Below are positions 18,248 to 28,614 of a DNA stretch of 64,000 bases, piece by piece; the first letter of the stretch is position 1, and every line of letters starts with the position of its first letter. The stretch lies in contig URQY01000004.1 in NCBI GenBank assembly GCA_900550165.1, forward strand, positions 12,282-76,281, read 5' to 3'. This stretch comes from an uncultured Eubacteriales bacterium (GTDB lineage: Bacteria; Bacillota; Clostridia; Oscillospirales; Oscillospiraceae). The notes beneath the pieces were generated by a model. That model ran no database searches, had not been told where the DNA came from, and saw nothing but the letters and a program-made list of their open reading frames with translations. A program made the translations under genes and the position numbers.

Positions 18248-19260
18248 TTCTTTGCCGCCTCCTTCGCTGCTTTTTTGTCTACGCCGAAGCGGGTGGGCTT
18301 GGTGTACTTGTCAATGATCCAGGTGCAGCAGTTCATCACAAGGATGGAGTAGCAAACGCCCTCGGGATAGGAGCCGAAGTAGCGGATGAACACCGTGATG
18401 AGGCCGCAGCCGAGGCCGAAGATGAGCTGGCCCTTCTTCGTGACGGGAGAGGTGACATAGTCCGTCGCCATGAAGAACGCGCCGAGGAACAGACCGCCGC
18501 CGAGCACGTTGTAGAGCATCCACGTCAGCGCGTCGTTGCCCTGGGGGAAGAGGAACGTGAGGACAGCCACCGTGCCGATGTAGGCCACGGGGATCTGCCA
18601 GGAGATGACCTTGCGGAAAATTAAGTACAGGCCGCCGATGAGCAGCATCATCGAGGAGATCTCGCCGAGGGATCCTCCGATGTTGCCGATGAACATATCG
18701 GACAGGCTGTACTGGCTCGTGAGCGCCTCAAACTCGCCGCCCTTCATCATGGCAAGCGGGGTGGCCGCGGTCACAACGTCGGCGCCGCCGAAGAGCGCCG
18801 CCTTTTCGCCCGGGGCGATCCAGCTCGTCATCTGGCTCGTGTAGCACGCGACGAGCGCGGCACGGCCGGCGAGCGCGGGGTTCAGGAAGTTCTTGCCGAG
18901 GCCGCCGTAAAGCTGCTTGACGACAAAGATCGCGAAGAAGTTGCCGACAATCAGCATCCAGTAGGGAAGCGTGACCGGGCAGACAAATGCGAGCAGCACG
19001 CCGGTGACGGCGGCGGACAGATCGCCGATCGTCTGCGTCTTGTGCAGGAGCTTGCGGTACAGCCACTCAAAGAACATGGCGGAGACCACGCTCACCATCA
19101 CGGAGATCAGCGCGCGGAAGCCGAAGCGCAGCACGCTCATCAAAAGCGCGGGGCACAGCGCGATGATCACGTCGAGCATGATCGAGCGCGTGTCTTCATT
19201 GGTACGGATATGGGGGTTGGAGGAAGCAATGAGCTTCAGACCCTTATAATCATTCAGCAT
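18244..19260 (-). CDS. rnfD: Rnf complex subunit D
   Basis: KQLYGGLGKNFLNPA, TAATPL, FMATDYVTSP. Confidence 0.93.
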   Translation of the reverse strand: MLNDYKGLKLIASSNPHIRTNEDTRSIMLDVIIALCPALLMSVLRFGFRALISVMVSVVSAMFFEWLYRKLLHKTQTIGDLSAAVTGVLLAFVCPVTLPYWMLIVGNFFAIFVVKQLYGGLGKNFLNPALAGRAALVACYTSQMTSWIAPGEKAALFGGADVVTAATPLAMMKGGEFEALTSQYSLSDMFIGNIGGSLGEISSMMLLIGGLYLIFRKVISWQIPVAYIGTVAVLTFLFPQGNDALTWMLYNVLGGGLFLGAFFMATDYVTSPVTKKGQLIFGLGCGLITVFIRYFGSYPEGVCYSILVMNCCTWIIDKYTKPTRFGVDKKAAKEAAKK

Positions 19261-19263
19261 CCC

Positions 19264-20631
19264 TTATGCCTCCTTCTTTGCTTCTTCGGCAGCCTTGGCA
19301 GCCTCAGCCGCGGCCTTGGCCTTGGCAGCGGCTTCCTTGACCTTCTGCTTGCCGACCTTGAACGAATGCGTCAGGTGCAGGCGGCCCGGGCAGATGTAGG
19401 AGCACGCGCCGCACTCGATGCAGTCCATCACGTGCGCCGCCTCGAGGTCCTCGATGCGGTTCTTCTGCACATATAAGTAAAGGTAGAGCGGCTCAAGGTG
19501 CATCGGGCAGGCCTCGACGCAGCGGCCGCAGCGGATGCAGGTCGGGTCCTCGGACACCTTGTTCTCGTTCGCCGCGAACGCCAGCACCGAGCCCGTGCCC
19601 TTGGCCACAGGGAAGTCGGCCGACGCCTGGGCCATACCCATCATCGGGCCGCCGGCGATGAGCTTGAAGGTCTCGTCCTTCAGGCCGCCGCACGCGTCAA
19701 AGAGGAGGGAGACCGGCGTGCCGATCGGACACTCGAGGTTCTTCGGCTCCACAACGCCGCTGCCGGACACGGTGACGACCTTGCGCACCACGGGCATACC
19801 TTCCTTGATGGCGTGGTAGATGGCGATGGTGGTGTTGATGTTGAATACGGCGCAGCCGATGTTCGCGGGCAGGCCGCCGGGGGGCACCTGCTTGCCGGTA
19901 ATGGCCTGGCAGAGCTGCTTTTCGCCGCCCTGGGGGTAGCGGCAGCGCAGCGACTCGACCACAACGGGGGCCTTCTGCTCCTCGATGACCTTGTTGAGGG
20001 ACTCGATGCCGTTTTTCTTGTTGTCCTCCACGCCGATGACGACCTTGTTCACGCCGAACATCTTGGCGAGGTAGCAGCAGCCGCCGATGATCTCGGCGGG
20101 ACGCTCAAGCATCGCGCGGTGGTCGCCGGTGATGTAGGGCTCGCATTCCGCGCCGTTGATGATCACCGTATCGACCTTGCCGATACCGCCGGAGATCTTC
20201 GTGTGGGTCGGGAACGTAGCGCCGCCCATGCCGACGATACCGGCCTGCTTGACCATTTCGATCATTTCCTCAACGCTCAGCGCGTCGGGGTCAGCGGGGG
20301 CTTTCACCTCTTCGCTCAGCTCGTCTTTGAAGTCATTGTCGATCACGACGGACATGACCTTACCGCCCATGGAGTAAGGACGGGGCTCCACCGCAGCGAC
20401 CGTACCGGAAACGCTTGCGTGAATGGGAGCGCCGAGGCCCTTGAATTCACCGATCTTCTGTCCAAGCTTGACATAGTCGCCCTTGGAGACCGTGGGAGTG
20501 CAGGGTGCGCCGAAGTGCATCGACATGGGGATGACCACCTGAGCGGGGGGTGCCAGCTGTTCGATGGCCTTTTCATTGGTGGCAGCCTTCATATCGTTTG
20601 GATGAACGCCGCCAAAGAAAGCTTGTGCCAT
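19264..20631 (-). CDS. rnfC: Rnf complex subunit C
   Basis: FFGGVHP, GMGGATFP, INGAECEPY, two ferredoxin motifs; start at MAQAFF with RBS GAGGTG. Confidence 0.93.
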   Translation of the reverse strand: MAQAFFGGVHPNDMKAATNEKAIEQLAPPAQVVIPMSMHFGAPCTPTVSKGDYVKLGQKIGEFKGLGAPIHASVSGTVAAVEPRPYSMGGKVMSVVIDNDFKDELSEEVKAPADPDALSVEEMIEMVKQAGIVGMGGATFPTHTKISGGIGKVDTVIINGAECEPYITGDHRAMLERPAEIIGGCCYLAKMFGVNKVVIGVEDNKKNGIESLNKVIEEQKAPVVVESLRCRYPQGGEKQLCQAITGKQVPPGGLPANIGCAVFNINTTIAIYHAIKEGMPVVRKVVTVSGSGVVEPKNLECPIGTPVSLLFDACGGLKDETFKLIAGGPMMGMAQASADFPVAKGTGSVLAFAANENKVSEDPTCIRCGRCVEACPMHLEPLYLYLYVQKNRIEDLEAAHVMDCIECGACSYICPGRLHLTHSFKVGKQKVKEAAAKAKAAAEAAKAAEEAKKEA

Positions 20632-20957
20632 AGTCTTCACCTCATCTTTATACTGCCAGAGCAGCGGAAACACTGCTCCATAATCGGATAGATTATACAA
20701 CCATTCCTTCCCGTTGTCCAGAAAATATTCTGCATGACTATTATTTTCCTTCACATTTTATCAGATTTCGGCGGGATTTTTGTGCAGAATCGTCACTTTG
20801 TACGACGATTCGCTTCTTTTCCTTTCGTCCCCGGTTTTTCCCATTTTCCTACCAACTTGACGCATTTATGCCAAAATGGTATAATTTGTAATTGGCAATT
20901 GGCAATTTTTTGCGGCTTTTCATCCATTTTTCTTTTCAGAAAAGAAAGGAGCTTTTT

Positions 20958-21761
20958 ATGCCCGTTCAACTCGACCTCGGCCAGATCAAAGCCGAGTCCC
21001 GCTCGCTGCTGCGCAGCGGCACCGTCTCCCCCTATAAGGCGACCGCGCTGCTGCTCGCCATCACCCTTGTGCTCGACGTCATCGACGCCGCCGTGAGCTA
21101 CATGATCGACACCTCCGGCGGGCTCACGGTGCTCTCGTTCAGCTTTGTCAGCATCCTCGTCAGCCTCATCTCCATCGTGCTCAACGCAGGCTACCTCTGC
21201 TACTGTCTCGGCATCCGCCGCGGTGAGCATATGCCGTATGAGAGCCTTTTCGACGCGTTTTCCTTCGCGGGCAAGGCGATCCTGCTCTCCATCGTCGAGG
21301 GGATCTTCATTTTCCTGTGGTCGCTCCTTTTTGTCGTGCCCGGCATCATCGCGGCGTACCGCTACAGCTTTGCGATGATGGATCTCTGCGATGACCCCGG
21401 CCTTGGCGTGATGGAAGCGCTGGATCTCAGCAAGCGGCAGACGCAGGGCTATAAGGGCCAGCTCTTCCTGCTCAGCCTGAGCTTCTTCGGCTGGCTGCTG
21501 CTCGCGGGCGCGGCTGTCACGGCGGTCGAGTCCCTCCTCTTCGGCGGCGTTGACAACATTCTCTCGCTCGAGACCGCTGCCTCGCTCTCGCAGGCCGTGT
21601 CCGCCGCGTTTATCCGGCAGCTCCTTGCGAGCCTTGCGAGCATTGCGCTCACGCCGTACATCCGGCTGTCGCTGTGCGGCTTCTATCTGCGCGTCACGCA
21701 GGGCGACGCGCCGCAGCAGCCCCGGCTCCCGGGAAATGACCCGTGGGACAACAATTTCTGA
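20958..21761 (+). CDS. DUF975-family membrane protein
   Basis: LWSLLFVVPGIIAAYRYS, GYKGQLF; RBS AAGGAG. Confidence 0.8.
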   Translation: MPVQLDLGQIKAESRSLLRSGTVSPYKATALLLAITLVLDVIDAAVSYMIDTSGGLTVLSFSFVSILVSLISIVLNAGYLCYCLGIRRGEHMPYESLFDAFSFAGKAILLSIVEGIFIFLWSLLFVVPGIIAAYRYSFAMMDLCDDPGLGVMEALDLSKRQTQGYKGQLFLLSLSFFGWLLLAGAAVTAVESLLFGGVDNILSLETAASLSQAVSAAFIRQLLASLASIALTPYIRLSLCGFYLRVTQGDAPQQPRLPGNDPWDNNF

Positions 21762-21834
21762 CCGCAGGCAAAAAAAGCACACAGCGGGATATCGCAAAGG
21801 GATATCCCGCTGTGTTTTATTTTATCGGAGCATT

Positions 21835-22872
21835 CTATTTGAGGATATAGACCGTCTTCACGCCAAGAAGCGCGCAAAGCTCGGTCTTTTCGGCAAGGTC
21901 GGCCTCGCTCTCGTACCACACGGTCGTCACCGAGCCGTCCTTTTCCCTGATGAGCAGATACGAGCTGTCGAAGCGGCCGGAGCGCGACTGCTGCGCCGCA
22001 TCGTCGGCGAGGTACGCCGCGAGCTCCTCCTGCGTGATCGTGCGGGGCGAGGTCGTCCTGCCGCTTTTCGTGTTCTGCGCGACGGGCACGGCGTTGAGCG
22101 TCACGCTGCCGCCCCTGCCGGCCTTGACCGCCGCGTCGTAGACCTGCTCCACCGGCGCGCGCGGGGACAGCGGCACGCTGCCGCTCTCGCCGACAAGACT
22201 CTCTGCCAGCACCGCGCCGCTTTGCAGGGTCGAAACGGTCGAGACCGTCACCTTGGCGCTTTTTGCGTGATAGGCGCGCAGCAGCACCGCCGCGGCCTGC
22301 TCGCGCGTCGTGTCGCTTTTCGGCGCAAAGGTCTTCGTCGTCATGCCCGTCACAAGGCCCATGCGCCAGGCGAGCGTGATATAGCCGGGATTGGTCGTCA
22401 CGTCGGTGAACGGGCACTCGTCCTGCACCGTGCCGGAGAGCGTGCTGTAGCCCAGCGCACGGACGGTCATGGCGGCCATCTCCTCGCGCGTGATGGCGTC
22501 GTTCGGGCGGCAGGCCGTGCTGTGGCCGGAGAAGACCCCGTGCGCGTTCGCCGTTTCAATGGCGCTGTAGTACCACTTTTTCGCATCCTGATTGTCGGTA
22601 AAGCTGCCCTTTTCCGGCGCGACGGTCTTCCATCCCATCAGGCGGCAGAGCGCCGCGGCGTAGGCCGCGCGCGTCATCTTCTGCCCCAGGCCGAACTTGC
22701 CGTTCCCGATGCCCTGCAGCAAACGATACTGGCTGCACTGCGCGATGCTCCCGCTCGCCCAGTGCTTGTCCGGCACGTCGGAATAGCCGGATTTGTTGGC
22801 GGCAAGCGCAAGCGTTGAGGTCATCACGAGCGCAAGAAGAAGCGCCGTCAGGCGCACTGCAAACTGTTTCAT
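21835..22872 (-). CDS. Secreted S-layer-homology (SLH) domain protein
   Basis: Signal peptide; three SLH repeats ending MTRAAYA, ITREEMA, TTREQAA. Confidence 0.85.
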   Translation of the reverse strand: MKQFAVRLTALLLALVMTSTLALAANKSGYSDVPDKHWASGSIAQCSQYRLLQGIGNGKFGLGQKMTRAAYAAALCRLMGWKTVAPEKGSFTDNQDAKKWYYSAIETANAHGVFSGHSTACRPNDAITREEMAAMTVRALGYSTLSGTVQDECPFTDVTTNPGYITLAWRMGLVTGMTTKTFAPKSDTTREQAAAVLLRAYHAKSAKVTVSTVSTLQSGAVLAESLVGESGSVPLSPRAPVEQVYDAAVKAGRGGSVTLNAVPVAQNTKSGRTTSPRTITQEELAAYLADDAAQQSRSGRFDSSYLLIREKDGSVTTVWYESEADLAEKTELCALLGVKTVYILK

Positions 22873-23050
22873 TGTTATTTTCCCCCTTTTGGGTCATCTT
22901 TCCGCCGTATTGTAGCACAAAGTCGCGCGGATAGTCAAATTTCCTCTTTACCTTTTCGTCTCTCTTTGTTAAAATAATAGATTGAATTAGTATGATGAGA
23001 TAGTGTTGCCAAAAAGACGCCGCATTATCAGGAAGGAAGGTGAGCAGACT

Positions 23051-25123
23051 GTGAAGTACGAGCGCTGGCAGATCCCCGCCGTTCCGGAGGGTACGATCAA
23101 AACGCTGACGGACGCGGGATACCCGTATCTGGTCTCCTCGGTGCTGGCCGCACGCGGCATCACCACGAGCGAGCAGGCCGCCGAAGCGCTGGAGCGCGAG
23201 AAGACGCTCGCCTGGTCGCCCTTCCTGATGAAGGACATGGACAAGGCGGTCGCGCGCATCAACGAGGCCTTCGCCCGCGGTGAAAAGCTCGCGGTCTTCG
23301 GCGATTACGATGTCGACGGCATCACCTCCACCTGCCTTTTGACCGATTATCTCCGCTCGCGCGGCGCGGACGTGACGATGCACATTCCCCGCCGCATCGA
23401 GGAGGGCTACGGCCTCGGCTGTGACGCCATCCGCGCGCTGAGCGAGTCCGGCGTGACGCTCATCATCACGGTCGACTGCGGCATCACGGGCGTGGAGGAA
23501 ACGGCCTACGCCGCAACACTCGGCGTCGACCTCGTCATCACCGACCATCACGAATGCAAGGAGCAGCTCCCCGCTGCCGTGGCCGTTGTCGACCCCCACC
23601 GGCCGGACTGCCCCTATCCCTTCAAGCACTTGGCGGGTGTGGGCGTCGCGCTCAAGCTTGTTTTGGCCCTTGGCGAGGGGCGCGAGGATGCGCTGTTTGC
23701 GCGCTACTGCACGCTTGCCGCCATCGGCACGATCGCCGACGTCATGCGCATGGAGGGCGAGAACCGCACCATCGTGCAGTGCGGGCTTGAGAGCATCGAC
23801 CGCAGCGACTTTACGGGGCTGCACGCGCTGCTGCGCGAGGCGGGGCTCACGTCGCGCCCCATCTCGTCGATCCAGATCGGCTTTGTGCTCGCCCCGCGCA
23901 TCAATGCCGCGGGCAGAATGGGCCGGGCCGAGCTTGCCGCAGAATTGCTTTTGACCGATGATCCCCTCCGCGCGGAAAAGCTCGCGCGCGAGCTGTGCGA
24001 ATTGAACCGCGAGCGCCAGAGCGTGGAGCAGGATATCTTCCGCCGCGCCATCGAGCAGATGGAGAACCTGCCCGAGAGCGAGCGCAGTGCGCTCGTGTTG
24101 TCCAGCGAGGACTGGCATCAAGGCGTCGTGGGCATTGTGGCGTCGAGACTTTCCGAAAAATTCTCCTGCCCGAGCTTTATGATCCACCTCTCCGGCGGGT
24201 CGGGTAAGGGCTCGTGCCGCAGCTACGGCGGCTTTAACCTCTTCAATGCGCTCGAAGCGTGCTCCGACCTTCTTGTGAGCTTCGGCGGACACGAGCTCGC
24301 CGCGGGCTTTACGATCGAAGAGCGCAACATCCCCGCGTTCCGCACGCGGATGAACCAGTATGTGCGCGCCCACACGGGCGAGCATCCGCCGGTGTCGATG
24401 CTCGACGTCGACGTCGACTTGCAGCACCCCTCGCTCATCACGCTTGAGGAGGTCGAGGCACTTTCGCTCCTCGAGCCCTACGGCGCGGGCAACAACCGCC
24501 CCGTCTTCTGCCTGCGCGGCGCAACGCTCGAGAGCGTGCAGGGCGTGGGCCAGAACCGGCACTTAAAGCTGAAACTACAGAAAAGCCGCGTGAATTTCGA
24601 CGGCATTTTCTTCTCCGTCACCGCCGACGAGTGCGGCGTGTGCGCGGGTATGCGTGTGGACGCGGCGTTCTATCTGCAGGTGAACGAGTTCCGCTCCCAG
24701 CGCTCCATTCAGCTCCAACTCATCGACCTGCGTCCCTCGCTCGACCCCAGCGGGCGCGAGAATGAGGCGCTCTCCCTCTGCCGCGAGCTGATCAGCGGCG
24801 GCACGCTCTCCCCGCGCGACGCGGCGCGGGCGCTCCCCTCGCGCGACCAGTTCGTGCGCGCGTGGCGCGTCTTAGAGCGCGAGGTCGGGCCTGACGGCGT
24901 CAGCGAGCCCATGCTGCCGCTGCTGCGGCATTTGAGCTCGGAAATGGTCGGCGCGGAGACGTTTCTGCGCACGGCGATGTGTTTGCAGGTCTTCGCCGAG
25001 CGCGGGCTTCTTTCGATCGAGCGCAAGGACACGACCCTCACGCTCCGCCTGACGGCGGACGGAAAAAAGGTTGAGCTTAACAAGAGCCCCTACCTTTCCG
25101 CCCTGCACAGCTTTCTTTCGTAA
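23051..25123 (+). CDS. recJ: ssDNA exonuclease RecJ
   Basis: GDYDVDG, TDHH, PRINAAGR, GGHELAAG; GTG start inferred. Confidence 0.95.
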   Translation: MKYERWQIPAVPEGTIKTLTDAGYPYLVSSVLAARGITTSEQAAEALEREKTLAWSPFLMKDMDKAVARINEAFARGEKLAVFGDYDVDGITSTCLLTDYLRSRGADVTMHIPRRIEEGYGLGCDAIRALSESGVTLIITVDCGITGVEETAYAATLGVDLVITDHHECKEQLPAAVAVVDPHRPDCPYPFKHLAGVGVALKLVLALGEGREDALFARYCTLAAIGTIADVMRMEGENRTIVQCGLESIDRSDFTGLHALLREAGLTSRPISSIQIGFVLAPRINAAGRMGRAELAAELLLTDDPLRAEKLARELCELNRERQSVEQDIFRRAIEQMENLPESERSALVLSSEDWHQGVVGIVASRLSEKFSCPSFMIHLSGGSGKGSCRSYGGFNLFNALEACSDLLVSFGGHELAAGFTIEERNIPAFRTRMNQYVRAHTGEHPPVSMLDVDVDLQHPSLITLEEVEALSLLEPYGAGNNRPVFCLRGATLESVQGVGQNRHLKLKLQKSRVNFDGIFFSVTADECGVCAGMRVDAAFYLQVNEFRSQRSIQLQLIDLRPSLDPSGRENEALSLCRELISGGTLSPRDAARALPSRDQFVRAWRVLEREVGPDGVSEPMLPLLRHLSSEMVGAETFLRTAMCLQVFAERGLLSIERKDTTLTLRLTADGKKVELNKSPYLSALHSFLS

Positions 25124-25143
25124 TTAAAGGAGACGATTCGGAT

Positions 25144-27444
25144 ATGACAGCACAGGATAAAGCATTAAAAGAGAATACCGCTTCGGCTCCCCTCCAGATC
25201 GTCGCGCCCGGCACCTGCGTGGAGACCGGCGAGCAGGCGGCGCTCGTGCTCGGCATGTACGACCACCTTGTCGAGATGATCCACCAGTACAACCCGAGCG
25301 CAGACTTTGCCCAGATCGACAAGGCCTTCCGCTATGCCGACACGCACCACAACGGTCAGCTCAGAAAGGACGGCTCGCCGTTTATCACGCACCCGCTCGC
25401 CGTCGCGCAGATCATCGCCGAGGAGCTGCGGCTCGACTCAGAGTCCATCGAGGCCGCCCTCATGCACGACTGCATCGAGGACACCTCCGCCACGTATGCC
25501 GAGATCGCCAAGGAGTTCTCCCCCGCGGTCGCGGATCTGGTCGAGGGCGTCTCCAAGCTGACGCGCGTGCAGTACGCCAGCAAGGAAGAAGAGCAGATGG
25601 AGAACCTGCGCAAGATGCTCATGGCGATGGCCAAGGACATCCGCGTCATTCTCATCAAATTGGCCGACCGGACGCACAACATGCGCACCATGGAGTACCA
25701 GACGGCGGAAAAGCAGCGGCAGAAGTCGCTTGAAACGATGGAAATTTACGCGCCCATCGCCCACCGCCTCGGTATGCAGCGCATCAAGTGGGAGCTTGAG
25801 GATTTGTCCCTCAAGTATTTGGATCCCGTCGGCTACGACGAGATCACCCGCTCGCTCGCGGCCAAGGAGGCCGAGCACGAGGCCTTTATGGAGCGCGTGC
25901 AGGCGCAGATCGAAGAGCGCCTGAAGGACCAGCACGTCCCGTATCTCAAGGTCTACGGCCGCATGAAGCATCCCTACAGCATCTACCGCAAGATGTACGC
26001 GCAGAATAAGACGATGGACGAGGTGCTCGACCTCTTCGCGTTCCGCGTCATCGTCGACACCGTGGCCGACTGCTACAACGTGCTCGGCATCATCCACGAC
26101 CTTTACCGTCCCATTCTGGGTCGTTTCAAGGACTATATCGGCACACCCAAGCCGAACATGTACCAGTCGCTCCACACCACCGTCATCGGTGCGGACGGCA
26201 TCCCGTTCGAGGTCCAAATTCGCACCGAAGAGATGCACGAGATCGCCGAATACGGCGTTGCCGCGCACTGGAAGTACAAGCAGGGCATCAACGGCAGCGC
26301 GGGCGAGCACAACTACGAATGGGTGCGTCGCCTTCTCGAAAATCAGGAGAACACCGACGCCGAGGAATTCGTCCACACGCTCAAGGTCGACATGTTCGCC
26401 GACGAGGTCTTCGTCTTCTCTCCGCGCGGCGACGTGACGAACCTCCCCGCCGGCGCGACGCCCATCGACTTTGCCTACTCCATCCACTCGGCCATCGGCA
26501 ACCGCATGACGGGCGCGAAGGTCAACGGGCGCATCGCCCCGCTCGACTATCAGCTCAAAAACGGCGATATCGTCGAGATCCTGACCTCCAAGAGCGCGCA
26601 CGGTCCCAGCCGCGACTGGCTGAAGATTGCCAAATCCAGCGAGGCGCGCAGCAAGATCCGCCAGTGGTTCAAAAAGGAGCGCCGCGAGGAAAATATCATC
26701 AACGGCCGTATGTCCTTTGAAGCCGAGCTCAAGCACCTCGGCATCCCGATGAGCGATGTGCTCGGCAGCGACCTGGAAACGGCGCTGCTCAAAAAGACCT
26801 CGTTCGGCTCGATGGACGAGATGTACGCCGCCATCGGCTACGGCGGCTTCTCCGCGCAGAAGGCCGTCAACCGCATCCACGACGAGATCGTCAAGCTGGA
26901 AAAGCAGCGCAAGGAAGAGCGCGCCGCCACGGTGCCCGTGGACAGCTCCGGCGCGACGCGCCCGGCCATCCCCAAGCGCACGAAGAGCGAGCAGGGCATC
27001 GTGGTCGAAGGACTTTCGAACTGCCTTGTCAAATTCTCCAAGTGCTGCACGCCCGTCCCCGGCGATGAGATCGTCGGCTTCATCACGCGCGGCTACGGCG
27101 TGTCCGTCCACCGCTGTGACTGTCCCAACGCCGCCCCCGAGCGCAGAAAGCCCGAAGAGCGCGGCCGCTGGATCAAGGTCAGCTGGGGCACGGATGTCAA
27201 GGAGTCCTATCAGACCGCGCTCGACATTTACGCCAAGGACCGCCTCGACCTCGTGCTCGACGTTTCCGCCGCGCTCTCGTCCTCGCAGACGCGCGTGGCG
27301 TCCATCAACGCGACCACGACTGCCGACGGCTTTGCCGTCATCCACCTCAATATTTTCATTTCCGACGCGCAGCATCTTGCCGCCGTCATGCGCCGCCTGC
27401 ATCAGATCAGCGGCGTGATGAAGGTGGACCGACCCGCGGGTTGA
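25144..27444 (+). CDS. relA: Bifunctional (p)ppGpp synthetase/hydrolase
   Basis: HD domain HDCIED, KLADRTHN, YQSLHTT, EVQIRT, TGS and ACT domains. Confidence 0.96.
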   Translation: MTAQDKALKENTASAPLQIVAPGTCVETGEQAALVLGMYDHLVEMIHQYNPSADFAQIDKAFRYADTHHNGQLRKDGSPFITHPLAVAQIIAEELRLDSESIEAALMHDCIEDTSATYAEIAKEFSPAVADLVEGVSKLTRVQYASKEEEQMENLRKMLMAMAKDIRVILIKLADRTHNMRTMEYQTAEKQRQKSLETMEIYAPIAHRLGMQRIKWELEDLSLKYLDPVGYDEITRSLAAKEAEHEAFMERVQAQIEERLKDQHVPYLKVYGRMKHPYSIYRKMYAQNKTMDEVLDLFAFRVIVDTVADCYNVLGIIHDLYRPILGRFKDYIGTPKPNMYQSLHTTVIGADGIPFEVQIRTEEMHEIAEYGVAAHWKYKQGINGSAGEHNYEWVRRLLENQENTDAEEFVHTLKVDMFADEVFVFSPRGDVTNLPAGATPIDFAYSIHSAIGNRMTGAKVNGRIAPLDYQLKNGDIVEILTSKSAHGPSRDWLKIAKSSEARSKIRQWFKKERREENIINGRMSFEAELKHLGIPMSDVLGSDLETALLKKTSFGSMDEMYAAIGYGGFSAQKAVNRIHDEIVKLEKQRKEERAATVPVDSSGATRPAIPKRTKSEQGIVVEGLSNCLVKFSKCCTPVPGDEIVGFITRGYGVSVHRCDCPNAAPERRKPEERGRWIKVSWGTDVKESYQTALDIYAKDRLDLVLDVSAALSSSQTRVASINATTTADGFAVIHLNIFISDAQHLAAVMRRLHQISGVMKVDRPAG

Positions 27445-27504
27445 CCCGCGCGCCGCGCCCGGCGCGGAAAAAACGTCCCTTTGGGGAACAAAAAGGAGAA
27501 TATC

Positions 27505-27969
27505 ATGCGAGCAGTATTGACCAAGGTAAAGCACGCCTCCGTCACGATCGACGGGACGGTGAAGGGAAAGATCGGCAGGGGCTTTTTGATCCTGCTGGGC
27601 GTCGCGCCCGACGACACGGAGGAAAAATGCCGCAAAATGGCGGACAAGCTCTGCTCGCTGCGCATTTTTGACGATGAGAACGACAAGATCAACCTCTCGC
27701 TCGACGACGTCGGCGGCGAGCTTCTCATCATCTCGCAGTTCACGCTCTACGGCAACTGCCGCAAGGGGCGCCGTCCCGAATTTTTAAGCGCCGCGCGGCC
27801 GGAGATCGCCGTCCCGATGTACGAAAAATTTGTAGACATCTGCCGCGAGAAGGGCTACCATGTGGAGACCGGCGAGTTCGGCGCGCACATGGAGGTCGAA
27901 TCCCTCAACGACGGGCCGTTCACGCTGATCGTCGATTCCGCCGATCTCGACGCGCCCAAAAAGCAATAA
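27505..27969 (+). CDS. dtd: D-aminoacyl-tRNA deacylase
   Basis: [13 protein letters not shown]. Confidence 0.95.
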   Translation: MRAVLTKVKHASVTIDGTVKGKIGRGFLILLGVAPDDTEEKCRKMADKLCSLRIFDDENDKINLSLDDVGGELLIISQFTLYGNCRKGRRPEFLSAARPEIAVPMYEKFVDICREKGYHVETGEFGAHMEVESLNDGPFTLIVDSADLDAPKKQ

Positions 27970-27987
27970 GGAAAGGGGTATCTTCAC

Positions 27988-28602
27988 ATGAAAGTCATCA
28001 CCACTGTCGTCGGCTCCCTGCAGACGAATTGCTACCTGCTCATCGACGAGGAGACGAAGCTCGCCGCGCTCATCGACCCGGGCGACAACGCCGACAAGCT
28101 CCTCGCCCTTATCAAGGAGGAGGGCGTCACGCTCAAATACATTCTGCTCACCCACGGTCACCGCGACCACACGCTCGCCGTGCCCGCCGTCAAGCAGGCC
28201 ATTCCCGAGGCCGAGGTCTACATTGGCGAGGCCGACGCCCACTCCACGGGCATCTATCACTATCCCCTTATCGATTTTATCCCCGACCTCAAATTCTACG
28301 GCGAGGGCGACACGCTCACGCTCGGCTCGCTCACCATCCGCGTGATGGCCACGCCCGGCCATACGCTCGGCGGCGTCACGCTGCTCGTGGGCGACGCGAT
28401 GTTCTCCGGCGACACGCTCTTTGCAGGCTCCATGGGCCGCACGGACCTGCCCGGCGGCAACGGCGAGCAGATGGTCGCCTCCCTGCGCCGTCTGGGACAG
28501 ATCGAGGGCGAATACACCGTTTATCCCGGCCATATGCACGCGACCATCCTCTCGCGCGAGCAGGAATACAACCCCTATATCCGCCAGGCGCTGCGCGCAT
28601 AA
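27988..28602 (+). CDS. MBL-fold metallo-hydrolase
   Basis: THGHRDH, TPGHT, GDTLF. Confidence 0.9.
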   Translation: MKVITTVVGSLQTNCYLLIDEETKLAALIDPGDNADKLLALIKEEGVTLKYILLTHGHRDHTLAVPAVKQAIPEAEVYIGEADAHSTGIYHYPLIDFIPDLKFYGEGDTLTLGSLTIRVMATPGHTLGGVTLLVGDAMFSGDTLFAGSMGRTDLPGGNGEQMVASLRRLGQIEGEYTVYPGHMHATILSREQEYNPYIRQALRA

Positions 28603-28614
28603 GGGACCGTTCAC

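Noticed and set aside
22556..27534. Long antisense ORFs opposite recJ and relA
   Set aside because: Shadow ORFs of well-supported genes
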